A stretch of DNA of 64,000 bases. Origin: Lytechinus pictus. Lineage: Eukaryota. The stretch is taken from the NCBI RefSeq assembly GCF_037042905.1, contig NC_087250.1, positions 23,500,001 through 23,564,000 on the forward strand. Direction: 5' to 3'. Each line of letters opens with the position of its first letter. Within the stretch, counting starts at the first letter, position 1. The notes under the pieces are model-generated. The model saw nothing but the letters and a program-made list of their open reading frames with translations, ran no database searches and had not been told where the DNA came from. The position numbers and the translations under genes are program-made. Shown here piece by piece: positions 26,747 through 38,236 of the stretch.

Positions 26747-29254
26747 CTGTATGTTGTCTCATATGATCCATGAGGTAGGTATTGAGTCTGGTTTCAAAGC
26801 CACAGTAGTGACACTTGTAAGGTTTGATCTCCGGGTGTGTCTTCAGGTGGGCTTTGAACCGGTACTGGAACATGAATACTGCAGGACAGATGGGACAGGC
26901 AAAAGGCGTAGGCCGCTGAGTATGCTTCTTCAAGACATGGTTCTTACACTCCGTCTTGGAGAAGAAGCGATGTCCACAGTGCTGACACAAGACTGACTTC
27001 TGCTTGAGGTGCTTCCGCTTCTTATGATTTTGCAGAGTGTTCCGTCTGCGGCACTTGTAATCACATTCATCGCAGCTGAACATCTTGTCGCTGTGGACCT
27101 TACGGTGCATCCTCAGGTTGATGGGACGCTTGAAGGCCATGCCACAATCCTCGCAGAGGTAATCCCGTTCTTCCTTGTGGATCGGCAGGTGGCAGTTCAG
27201 GCTATTGGCATCACGGAAGGCCAAAGGGCACTGGTCGCACTTGTAGGGGCGCTCTTCCGAATGACAACGGAGGTGGCGGCGAAAGTGCGAGAAGCGACCA
27301 ACGATGACCTTGCCACACACGCCACAGGTAAACTCTCCGGACATCTTTTCAAAGTTATGTGCACTCTTCATGTGGCTGTTCAAAAGATGGCTAGAATGGC
27401 AACTGAAATTACAGATACTACAGCGATACACCCGATTGGTGTCCAAGTCCTTCTTCTTCCCTTTGGTTTTAGGCTCTTTGGTTTTCTGTGTTGATTTGTC
27501 ACTATGCAAATGATCAATATGAGAAGCAAGAGTTTTTCGACTTTGGCAAGTGTAGCTGCAATAGTTGCAGCGGAATCCCTTCGAGTTCGGCAAGCTAGTC
27601 ATATGCTCATCTGGCTTATGGAGCTCTATTGCAGAACAGTCTTTGGAAGTGATCTGAGAAACATCAAACACATCATCATTACCATCCACCTCCCTCCCGC
27701 TATCAATTCCTTCACCATCACTAGAGCTCATCTCTGCTGCCTCTGGTACCCAATCCTCATCCTCATTTTCTTTTTGCTCTTCCAATTCATCCTCTGAAGG
27801 CAGTTTATTCCAAGAAGGTTTTCTCTTACATCTAGAAACATTTTTCCTTTGATCATCCTCTTTTTTCAAAAGTCTTCTTCTTGGTTTGGATAGGCTCACT
27901 TTTTGTTGTGATTTGCAAGAATCCAAGACATTTTGTCTCAAACTTCTTCGAGGAAGTGGCTTTCCCTTATCAACAGTTTCACCGCAAAGTTTCAGTTTAT
28001 TCTTTTTCGGGTGGGCTCTCTTTAACTCCGAATCCTTCCCACTCTTTGTATGAACAAGTTTAACATGAACTTTCAAATCTTTCATGAGCTTAAACAGCAA
28101 ATTACACTCTGGGCATGTGTACTTTGGCTTCTCCAAACTAGCCTTAGTCCTCCCTCGGAACCTACAAACTTTTTGTCTGCTTTGTTTTGATGATGGGTTC
28201 TCCTTGCTCTGCGGCACAACAATTTTCAAAGGAGGGACTAACTTTCGCCTTCTACGTCTTCCAAACCCAGAACCTGAATTGGTGGTTCCTTCATTCTCAG
28301 ATTCAGCATCTGACCTATGTTCTTGAGTTCTTACTGCTTTTGTTGCTCCATCTGCTTTGTCTAAATCATTTTCAAAGACATTGTCCATTGTTGAGGATTC
28401 ATGAACATACGCTTCTCTAGGATCGACCTCATTATGGGTAAACCTTTCTTTTGATGAAGATGACGATTGTGGCATCTCGTCCTCTGCTGGTTGAGTCTTA
28501 CTGAATGCTGACGGATGGATAACAAAATGAAAAAGTGGTCGGTTGCTTTTCTTCCCTCTCAACATCTGTGTTTTTCCTGGCTTCTCGAAATGATTTGTAT
28601 CTCTACTTTGAGATGTATAAGTCTTTGTGGTTGCATCAACAGCACAACTGATCCTTTCTTTTTCCTGGACCGAATCGTGTCTCCTGTAATTATTAGGACC
28701 ATTAGCCGTAGAATAATTACCAGAAGATTTCCTAAATTGTTGTTCACTCTCACCACCAGTATCAATATATCCACTGTCTTCTGTTCTTGGATGAATCCTT
28801 GAGCCAGCACAATCCTGATCAACACCAATCCTGGTACTTATGTCTGCACTGTCTTCTATCGCTGTGGACATCACAGCCTGTGATTCTTGACTGCATCCTA
28901 CTTCAAACTGACCATCCCCAACCCCTTGCCCCACAACGCTGAGATCAATTCCCGCAGCATATATCCCAAGAAGGTCCTCTGCAGCCAGAGCACTGGCCCT
29001 TGGTGTGACCACCCGCTCTGTTTTTCTGCCCTGGTGTCCTATGCCTGGAGCATCAACGTGACCACCTGTCCTGCAGGCTTCCTCTACAGAGTTCTGGTTG
29101 GAAGTGCTGCTTGGGTCTTGAAGGTGGTGATGATGATGGTGGTGGTGGGTGTTTTCAGGAGACGAGAGGAGGAGTCGAGAGGCATCGTTAAGGGCAGAGT
29201 CAACAAGAGCTTGGAGGGCAGCATGGTCATCACTTGCAACATGGTTGCTCATTC
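26747..29254 (-). CDS. C2H2 zinc-finger protein, coding exon 2 (10 fingers, poly-His, acidic and basic tracts)
   Basis: Acceptor TGTGTAG|GA at 29255; 2508-nt open frame (phase 1 to phase 1); ten CxxC...HxxxH/HxxxxH units with SEERPY-type linkers; ends HTG at donor AG|GTAAAA. Confidence 0.95.
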
Positions 29255-29800
29255 CTACACAGAGAAAAGAAAAGAAAAAAAAAATCTCTGAATGAATGAT
29301 TTTAATTTCCATGCATGCACCTGTTTGAAAAAGTGGGAATCATATCATATGCATACAATGACAAGCTGCTTCATAAAAAAATTCTCGATATACTTGTACA
29401 TCACAAGGAACAATAAATTAAATTTATATGTATACAATGACTTCTGTCCCAGTGACCCCATTATCTGCTCAGATCATCTCTGCTCCCATACGCGATCCCA
29501 CGACATCTGCTCTGGCGACAATTGCTCCAATGGAAAATCTGCACGTTAAGCCAAACATAAAACTTAACCTCTAAAACTAAATAAAACTCCAATCCTTTTC
29601 TTTACATTTTTCTGAACCAAAACCTCTACTACAAGATTAACTCTAACCCTGTGCTATGCCCCCTGAGATATTAAGACTGGAGCAAATGTCGCAGGAGCAA
29701 ATGTCGTGTCACCCCATATGCACGCTTGTTCAGTTGGGCCAAGCTTGAAGTTGACCCTCAATTCAAACAGTTCATAATCACAAGAAATAGCCTTAACAAG

Positions 29801-30070
29801 CCAACCAGTGTGTTGACTCATTTGGTAGAGCATCCGTCTCACAACCAGGAGGTCGGGGGTTCAAACCCCGGCCGCATCAGAACAAAAGACATTAAAAGAT
29901 GGGAGTTGCTGCTACCCCGTTTGGCGTTCAACAATTCAAGGGATAGAGCTAAATTGATCTTGCGCTGCACAGTGGCTGCCGGGCCCACAATCAATTGGGC
30001 AAAAAGAATTTTTGGAGTATTTCTATTTTTAGATTTCAATTCAATCATAAAATATGGATTAAAAAAAAAA
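29801..30070 (+). mobile_element. tRNA-derived SINE (second family)
   Basis: A-box-like TGACTCATTTGGTAGAGC, B-box GGTTCAAACCC, non-tRNA body, poly-A tail. Confidence 0.75.
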
Positions 30071-30966
30071 TGACCTCTGCAACCTTTGACCTTACGACCC
30101 CCAACCAATAAGGACACATTTACTTCCATTTAAAAAATATAAAGGTCAGGTTTGAAGTTGATCCCTTAAACTGTTCTTCATTTATCATGAGAATGAGATA
30201 GTTAAGTGACCTGGATGGGCATTTCACAAAGAGTTAAAATATGATTTAGAGTCATGATTTGTTATGCTCCATAATGAGTTCAAACAGAATCCAGTAAAAT
30301 TATCACCTAAGTGTTTGTATGTATCAATAAAAAATATGTGCCAAATGGCTGTGGAAGAAAATACATAATTGCTGAGAAATGAGCAACTGTCCCACAGATG
30401 CTTTTCTGTGTTAGTGATCATCAGAATTATCGGTTTTGAGCTAAGATTTCATGAGTTTACAAAGATAAATTTACATTAATGTACCAGATCTAGATATGAT
30501 AATATTATGACAATTAACCTTGACTTAGAAGACTTTCTCATGAAATAATTGTTTGCTGCAACTACTTTTCTTTACCTTTAATACGCAGTAATGCAGTGAT
30601 ACCTTTTATACCACACGCAATTGGGAATTCAAGCACGACTCTAATAATAGCAAACCTTTCAATAGCAAATTTCAGGTGCAAGTTTACAAGTGATAGATCA
30701 ATTTTAAATAAAGCAAATCACTTTAAACTTGTTGATGCAATTAGAAGCAGACCATGTATCAATTGCAAATTGGCGATAGAATGCATGATTTTCAATTGAT
30801 TTGGGGGACCTAAACTTGACTTGTGATTAATTGCAAGTTTCTTTCAACACCCCATAAGCCACACTTAACTCTTCATCATCATCCGTGAAAGTAAAGTCCA
30901 TCGTGTTGGTGTATTGTCGTAAATGTAGAATTGTGTAGGAGTATGCACAGTGCTGTGGAAGATCTG

Positions 30967-31123
30967 GGGAGCGTTTCATCAACATTTTCATCCGACAAGT
31001 TGTCAGATCTGACAACTTTTCCTGATTTTGATTGGCTGAGAGGCATTGTTCCTATGGAAACTGTCGGATAAAATGAGATTTGTCGGATAAAACGTCCGAC
31101 AAGTCCTTGCATGAAACACCACC
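30967..31123. mobile_element. Harbinger-like MITE family B (CWG flanks)
   Basis: GGGAGCGTTTCAT...ATGAAACACCACC with CTG/CTG flanks; TCCGACAAG internal repeats. Confidence 0.8.
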
Positions 31124-31241
31124 CTGTTCTACATGAGGTTAAAGCGAGTCAGTGCAGTTGGATTTTTCGCACCTCTTCGTAAAACGCCTCCGTTTTTTTT
31201 TATAGGTTAAATGCCACTGCTGAATACACCCATATTGTTAC

Positions 31242-31383
31242 CTATGTCATCCCCTGGGCGTTGGTCGTGCTGTTCAGCCGAATGTCTCTGAGCGTGATCC
31301 CTCATGATAGACATACTCTTGGTGCGGAACTCACAGTGGTCACATGACAAACTGAAGGAAAGAACATCCATGTTGCCATCCAT
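31242..31383 (-). CDS. C2H2 zinc-finger protein, coding exon 1 (start codon; exon begins at 31403)
   Basis: Pyrimidine tract and CTAG acceptor at 31404; ATG in context ACCATCATGG. Encodes MDGNMDVLSFSLSCDHCEFRTKSMSIMRDHAQRH... (one C2H2 finger). Donor AG|GTAACA, phase 1. Missed by the ORF track. Confidence 0.85.
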
Positions 31384-32042
31384 GATGGTTGCCTAATGAA
31401 GATCTAGTGGCAAAGAAAAAAAGGGCAAACATTCATCGTCAATAAAACGTTACAAAAATTCAAAACTATTCATTTTGTTTCACATTAATTTGCATAACAA
31501 AAGACAACATTAAAATAGGGCATAGAATGAATAAGATTACAGGCTGCCCACTTTCTTCAAAAACTGTATACAAAATCATAGAAATGACCATCTGACTGTG
31601 ATTTTTTGCATGGTCAGCACCCCCACTTTTTGCCCAGCCCCCCCTCCCCTCCACTTTTAAACCGTTCTGCGACCCCTGGATTACACATGGCACAATTAGC
31701 CTCAGTCTTACATCATTTTGGACAACATTCGACGATACATTGTGGAAATAAGCATCTCAAATGTAGCTTAAGAACTGAACTGAGACAACAACCATAATAT
31801 GTCAGGAGAGCGGGTCAAATGATCAATGATTCAATTAATCTAATCTCATCTATAGCTTAATTCTTTGTAGTTCTTCACCCAGTATTCGAGGATCAGCGAT
31901 TAATACCCACAGGTTGGATATTGAGTTGGACCAAAAAACACATTTTACATTGTCTCAATTTTTTTGGTAAATCTCTTCAACCCTAAATTGTGAATATTTG
32001 GAAGTGTCATTTTTTTTCTTCAATGTGAGTTACAGCCTACTG

Positions 32043-32199
32043 GGGGGCGTTTCATGAAAGGACTTGTCGGACGTTTTATCCGACAAGTCCCATTTTATCC
32101 GACAGTTACCATAGTAACAGTACCTCTCAGCCAATCAACATCAGAGAAAGATGTCAGATCTGACAACTTGTCGGATGAAAATGTTGATGAAACACTCCC
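32043..32199. mobile_element. MITE family B, inverted relative to the 30967 copy
   Basis: Near reverse complement of 30967-31123; CTG/CAG flanks. Confidence 0.85.
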
Positions 32200-32257
32200 C
32201 AGGTGTGCACAAGTTGCTGGATCAATGAATCCCAATAATTTTCTCACAAAAGTTAGT

Positions 32258-32890
32258 AGCCCCCATTCCACAGAACGGAGACCGTTGAAAGACCACTGAA
32301 AGACTTAAAATTGATGAGGTCTTACAGCGGTCTTCAAGATCACTGAAATTTTTCATCTCTGTGGAATGGCTCAGAAAGACTCAAAGAAAGAACTCTGAAA
32401 GACTGATGGATATTTCTTGTCTTACTGGTCTTAGACTAGTCCTATATAGAGATCTTTCAATGGTCTTTCAGAGATCTTTTATGCAACAAGTGATCTTTCA
32501 GAATTCTTTCCATGGACTTTGCCTGGTCTTTCAATGGTCTTTCAATGATCTCTCATGAGTCTTACAGTGATCTCCGCCAAAATCTTGAGAGACTGCCGAA
32601 AGATCATTGAAAGACTATGAAGACCTTTGAAAGTTCATCGAAAGACTGCTGAAAGACCGCTGAATTTAAAGACCACTGAAAGACCATTTTCTTGTAAGAC
32701 CGTTGTAAGACTGTTTTGAACCGTTTCAAAAAGTTTTGGAGCCCATGAAAACCGCTGAAAGATTGGTCAGGACTCGTGTAAGACCTCAAAGACCATTGTA
32801 GGTTCATTGAGAGACCTCCGTAAGATCGACCAAAATTCATGGTCTTTGAAAGGTCTTTCAGCGGTCTTGCTCTCTGTGGAATGGCCCCCG
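32258..32890. mobile_element. MITE/foldback element with internal AAAGACC/GGTCTTT repeats
   Basis: TIR CCATTCCACAGA / TCTGTGGAATGG; many short repeats in both orientations. Confidence 0.65.
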
Positions 32891-32923
32891 ATAGCAAAAT
32901 TGCAAGACTCCTGCGAAATCAGG

Positions 32924-35900
32924 ATCATCATCATCATCATCATCATCTGCTGTAATCTTCAAAGGGCTCTGCAGCCTATCACGAAGATGAACTGAAACTT
33001 GGACGCACGTTATGAGGAGGAGTGAGGAATATTTTCAAGCTGATTTTGCAGAAGTTTTTGAAAGCTGTCAAGCGAGACTGCATTAACTATTTGGAAAGGG
33101 AGTTTATTCCATTCAGGTACAGATCGTTGGGCAAAGGCAAATTTGTCAATATTGCCTCTTGGACGATATGTCTGAAAACACTTGTTGTGATTTTTCCTAG
33201 TGACAGTGGTGCTTAAGGAGAAGAATTTGTCTTGGGGTATTGCAGCAAGGTCATTTACAATCCTATACACCATGCTGAGTCTGCTTACAGTGCGTCGAGA
33301 AGACAGACTAGGCCACTTCAGCTTGGTGAGCATGCTGGTTACGCTGCTGGTTCTACTGTAATCAGCTAAGACATAGCGAGCCGCTTGCCTTTGGATTCTT
33401 TCCAAATTCTGTGTGTCCATGATAGAGTGAGGATCCCAAACACTGCAGCAGTACTCTAAGTGAGGGCGTATAAGGGACTTGTATGCTGCCTCTCTGAATG
33501 ATTGGGGTAGAAACCTTGTATTACGCCTGACAAAGCCTAGTTGTTGGGTAGCTTTCTTGCAGATCATTGAGATATGGGTTGACCATTTGAAGTCGTTGGA
33601 TAGGGTAATTCCGAGATATTTTCCACTCTTGCAAAATTGAAGAGCAGTGTTGTGGATGTAGTAACTGTAGTTCACTGAAGACCGAGAAGGGCAGTACCTC
33701 AGAACAAAGCATTTTCCAGGGTTGAATGACATTAGCCAGGTGTTTTCCCACTTCTGGAGTGCATCAAGATCTTTCTGTAACATCCGAGCATCATAACTGC
33801 TTGAGATTTCTCGATACAACATGCAATCGTCGGCAAAGAGCCGGGTTGCTGATGAAACTTGTTGGGGAAGATCATTAACATACAGCAGAAAGAGTGTGGG
33901 GCCGAGGACAGTCCCCTGGGGGACGCCCGATGCAACGATACATGCTTTAGATGTTACGCCTTCAAGAACTACCGACTGCTCACGATCAGTTAAAAAGCTC
34001 TGTATCCACTTGAGGTTGCGATCTTGGATCCCATAATGTCTCAACTTCAGGATGAGGCGGTTATGTGGGACCTTGTCAAAGGCTTTGCTAAAGTCCAGCA
34101 TAATCATATCAACTTGCTTTTTACTCTTGTACGATTCAGCAAGGTCATGGGATGTTAGCAATAGTTGAGTCTCACAAGAGTGTTTTCTTCTAAATCCATG
34201 TTGGCAGGGGGACAAGATGGAGTGAGAGTCAAGGTGCTTCATCACTGACGACACAACTATGTGCTCCAGTGTCTTGGAGATTATACTGGTTAAAGAGATA
34301 GGACGGTAATTTTCAGCTAACGTCTTGTCGCCTTTCTTGAAGACCGGAGCTATATGCGCTTTTTTCCAATCCTTTGGAAGAACTCCAGATTTCAATGATT
34401 GGTTGAAGATGAAGGTGAGAATAGGACTTACTTCTGAGGCCGTCTCTTTCAAAAGGATGGCTGGGATGTTATCCGGACCAGTGGCTTTGGATGCGTCTAG
34501 TCCCCTCAGAAGCTTCTCAACACCATTGACATGGACTGAAATGTCTTCCATTGATGGATATCGAGAAGGAAGGATGTTAGGCAGAAGGACATTGTCCGGT
34601 TCTGTAGTGAAAACCGATTCAAACTGACGACTAAGGATGTCTGCCTTTTCTTGGCTGCAAGATTTCAGGCATCCTTCAGAAAGGAGTTGCTGAATACCTG
34701 TGGAGTCTTGCCTAAGTCTTTTAACATATTGATAAAAGGCTTTTGGTTTTTCTCTTAGGCTTGGACCAATGACGTCATTAAGGTACTCCCATCTCGCGGA
34801 GCGAAGGGACTTCTGAACCTGGGATCTCAACTTCCTGAAGAGGCTCCAATCTTCCTGAGATTGACTTTTGAGAGCACGGTTATATACACGATGCTTCTGT
34901 CTGATCTTGCTCTTAATTTCCCTAGTGATGTAAGGCAGGTTGAATCTAGTACTGCTCATCTTACTAGGGATATACTTCTCTTTTAGGTATGTCAATTTAC
35001 ATTTCAATGATTCCCACTTCAAATTGACAGACTTGGTACCAGGACTGTTGATGAAGAATTCTTCAGAAAAGGACCAAAGCTCAGTTCTGATCTTATCAAA
35101 GTTTGCCTTCTTATAATTGTAGACTCTGTGAGCTTTACTTTTTTTATGTTTGACAGTACCAGTGAAGTCAATCTGAACAATAGAATCATGATCGCTGATC
35201 CCTGGAATCGGCTTAACAGAGTCAATCAATGTAGGATTAGTAGTAAATAAGAGATCTAGCATATTCTGTTGTCTCGTTGGGAAGTTCACGACCTGTTGGA
35301 GATTATGGTGGCTAGCAATATCAAGAAGAAGGGTGCATGGTTGGGTACTACTTTTGTAGACTCTTGCAGGGCAAGGCTTGACTGAATCAGAGTCCCAATC
35401 AATGTCCGGCATGTTAAAATCACCAGCAAGTACCTTGTAAGCATCAGGAGGAAGTTTACTCAAGGAAACTTCAAGCCCAGGGAGGCCATTGGGATCATTA
35501 TAATGGGGGTTGTAAAACACTCCGAGATATACATCTTTCTGGCCATGGGACCTCAGCTTAGTCCAAAGTACTTCGCAATCAGCGTCATATTCAGGAAGAG
35601 CTACTGCGAGCAGCGTTTTCCTAACTGCAATGAGGACACCTCCATGACCATCATTGCGGTCTTTCCGCCATATGTCATACGTATCAAGATGTGTTAGAAA
35701 AAGCTCCGAGTTAGAAATAGTATCATTTCCCCAAGTTTCAGTTCCAAATATTATATCTGGATGAACAGAATTTATAAGATTGGATAGGGATTCGACTTTG
35801 CTTCTGAGACCTTGGAAATTGATGACTACAGCTCTCAGTTTCCTATTAGTATTAGTATTACCAGATTGCGGGGACTTCTTACGAGAAGGTGAAGGTTTGT

Positions 35901-36156
35901 CACCACTCGTATTCGTTGGTGAGGACATAGCAATTGGTGCGAAGAAGGGAGACTTGTCCTCAAGTAGAGAGGAAAAACTGTTCGAACATTCAATCTCAGA
36001 GGAGCTATCGAATAAGGACGATGCAAAATTTGGCATGCCGCACGAATAGCAGATCCAACTAACATTCGATGCCTGAAGGGCTTCATACGACGGTGTGTGC
36101 ATATTCAGACATTTTACATGGTACCAAATATCACAAGAATCACAGCATATACCACC
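32924..36156 (-). mobile_element. CR1-group non-LTR retrotransposon, 5'-truncated, ORF2 uninterrupted
   Basis: Frame is open from about 36159 to 33010. Short 3' UTR followed by a (GAT)8 tail at 32947-32924. The 5' end falls inside a PHD finger (GICCDSCDIWYHVKC). No TSD seen. Confidence 0.93.
33010..36102 (-). CDS. LINE ORF2: partial PHD finger, APE endonuclease, reverse transcriptase (1030 aa)
   Basis: EN motifs GTETW, GDFN, SDH; RT motifs NYRPISLTS, QHGFR, DFSKAFD, GVPQGTVLGP, FADD, KYLG. Confidence 0.95.
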   Translation of the reverse strand: MHTPSYEALQASNVSWICYSCGMPNFASSLFDSSSEIECSNSFSSLLEDKSPFFAPIAMSSPTNTSGDKPSPSRKKSPQSGNTNTNRKLRAVVINFQGLRSKVESLSNLINSVHPDIIFGTETWGNDTISNSELFLTHLDTYDIWRKDRNDGHGGVLIAVRKTLLAVALPEYDADCEVLWTKLRSHGQKDVYLGVFYNPHYNDPNGLPGLEVSLSKLPPDAYKVLAGDFNMPDIDWDSDSVKPCPARVYKSSTQPCTLLLDIASHHNLQQVVNFPTRQQNMLDLLFTTNPTLIDSVKPIPGISDHDSIVQIDFTGTVKHKKSKAHRVYNYKKANFDKIRTELWSFSEEFFINSPGTKSVNLKWESLKCKLTYLKEKYIPSKMSSTRFNLPYITREIKSKIRQKHRVYNRALKSQSQEDWSLFRKLRSQVQKSLRSARWEYLNDVIGPSLREKPKAFYQYVKRLRQDSTGIQQLLSEGCLKSCSQEKADILSRQFESVFTTEPDNVLLPNILPSRYPSMEDISVHVNGVEKLLRGLDASKATGPDNIPAILLKETASEVSPILTFIFNQSLKSGVLPKDWKKAHIAPVFKKGDKTLAENYRPISLTSIISKTLEHIVVSSVMKHLDSHSILSPCQHGFRRKHSCETQLLLTSHDLAESYKSKKQVDMIMLDFSKAFDKVPHNRLILKLRHYGIQDRNLKWIQSFLTDREQSVVLEGVTSKACIVASGVPQGTVLGPTLFLLYVNDLPQQVSSATRLFADDCMLYREISSSYDARMLQKDLDALQKWENTWLMSFNPGKCFVLRYCPSRSSVNYSYYIHNTALQFCKSGKYLGITLSNDFKWSTHISMICKKATQQLGFVRRNTRFLPQSFREAAYKSLIRPHLEYCCSVWDPHSIMDTQNLERIQRQAARYVLADYSRTSSVTSMLTKLKWPSLSSRRTVSRLSMVYRIVNDLAAIPQDKFFSLSTTVTRKNHNKCFQTYRPRGNIDKFAFAQRSVPEWNKLPFQIVNAVSLDSFQKLLQNQLENIPHSSS

Positions 36157-37118
36157 AATTTAGTTAAAAAGTTGTGGAATTGAAGGGGCAGGAGTTTAAT
36201 GAACACCTCAAGTTAATTTGGGGAAAATAAAGATCTGTTGGACAAGTTTTGGTGGGGGGGGGGGGGGAGATTTAAAGCCTCCATTTCTAAACGCACGTAG
36301 TGACGTAAAGATGAAAGATTTTCAAGTTCAAATTGTCTAGATAATTGTCAATTACCAGAAGTAGCTAGGGCCTATAAAACTTAATTTAAAGACCGGGAAA
36401 TCTACAGATCAAAGTCCTTCATTTCTGTACCTGATGTGATAATTTCATTTTATAGGCTTGTTATGAAAATAAATTAAGTCTATATCTTTTATCGATAGTC
36501 ACAATGCAAATAATCAAAATATTATAATATTCCTAGAATCCTAGTCCTACACTTTTTTTACAATTTAAATCAGAATGTATTCTGCCCCCGTCCCAAGGCA
36601 AGACATGTTGAATGTTCTATCTATCTCTTCCCTCAAATTTGACACTCTTGAGTCTGGGGCTAGTAATCCTATTCCTTGCTTCTTTTGCATCCATGAATAA
36701 TATATTTTTCCTTATTTGAGATTGGGTTATATATCAGTCCACAAAGAACTTTTAAAAGCTAAGCTCTATATACACATAGACCTACATCCATTCTTTTCTG
36801 CTCAGAGTCAAACTTACACGCACACATATCCACACACCACATCCGAGAAACGAACGTGTATTTTCAATATGCCACTACCAGGCACGGTAATGTCACATTA
36901 ACGTTATAACAAAGGCCAACCCTTCCACACACGGCCTATGTAAAAACAACCCATGTTAACCGTACACCCAAAATACAGTGATGCGACGAGCAAGACCTCG
37001 TCAAAATGGACGAGATAACATTACCAAAAATCATCCATTATAAAGATTCATACTTCATCGAAATAAAGTAATGTAAGACATAAAATGTTCAAACACCAGA
37101 GAGGTTAGATTTACTTAC

Positions 37119-37210
37119 CAAAAAGGTGGGATTATAGGCAAGAATCGGGTATTATTACCGCTTGCAATATCATGACTTCGTGAACAGCCGAAGGAGAACG
37201 CGTACATAAG
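37119..37210 (-). other. Probable non-coding exon 1 of the zinc-finger gene (5' end approximate)
   Basis: Strong donor TGG|GTAAGT (37118-37113) in a CpG-richer promoter-like region. Its only ATG opens a short uORF that ends inside the exon. Confidence 0.5.
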
Positions 37211-37641
37211 GGAGAATTGAGAGGGCCAGAGTTGGCGCTAGATTATATAGGCTTCCGATAGAAATAGAACAATAAAGAAGTTAAATTTTGCCAAGAGAGA
37301 TGGCCGGTGCGCAGTTTTGTTATCCGTGTCAATTTCGGAAAGAGAGGGTATTTGTTTACTTGTAGCATCCACATGAGATTTGTTCATCTGTTTGTTTTTA
37401 CATCAATTTAAAGGTTTGACAGCAGAGTTAAAGCAGGGTGAATATTAGACCAAAAGCTTCGGTCTCTGTTATGTTGGTTGTTCAGCTGAACTCCGTTGGC
37501 TTCACTCACCAAATACAGAGGAGAAAAAAAAAAAAAAAAAAGTTAAAAAACTCCTCGAAACAGACGGCTGCCAGCTGTCTAGGTGAATATGAACTTTGGA
37601 ATTGGGACGCCGCGCCGGTGACTCTCAGCTCTGACGCTTAA

Positions 37642-38236
37642 AGGGGAATCCAGCCTTGGCCATAAAATGTTGTGTTGTGTAGGAAAAAATAAATTAAACA
37701 GAATGGTGAAAGTTTGAAAGAAATCGGACAAGCAGTACGAAAGTTATAGCTGTTTTAAAATTGAGATCACTAATACTATGTAGATTTCAAATTGGCAACT
37801 GGGGAAGTCAATTATGACAAGGGGCAAGGACAACTTTCCCATAGGCCATATGTACTTTATTATCAGGGATTTGTGGTTTTCTCCTAAGTACCCATTCCCC
37901 TGGGGCAGTAATCTAAATATAACCCAGGTAGTATATTGTTTTATGTTTTCATGAAAGAAAAATATAACTTGAAATAAAACTTTTAGGAATAATGACATTT
38001 TAGCCATAATATGTATTGGAGTACATGAAAGAGTAGTCCTTGCCTTACATCACTATGACATCCCATATGCGGCCAATTTGAAGTCTCCATGGGTAAAGTG
38101 ATTACCAAGATTTGCAACTTTTAAAAATTCATAACTTTCTTGTTGTTTGTCCAATATTGTTCAAACTTTCACCTATCAATTTGTCAGATTTTCTTTTCCG
38201 TATAAAAACAAGTTTTCATTTGGGTTGGATTTCCCT
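37642..38236. mobile_element. Second Kolobok-like TTAA MITE, upstream of the zinc-finger gene
   Basis: TTAA-AGGGGAATCCAGCC...GGTTGGATTTCCCT-TTAA. Confidence 0.8.

Noticed and set aside
26730..29291. Plus-strand ORFs overlapping the zinc-finger exon (and those overlapping the LINE ORFs)
   Set aside because: Antisense shadows with no recognisable motifs.
29255..29312. N-terminus MEIKIIHSEIFFFFSFLCV of the 869-aa ORF
   Set aside because: This is the intron polypyrimidine tract; the exon starts at 29254.
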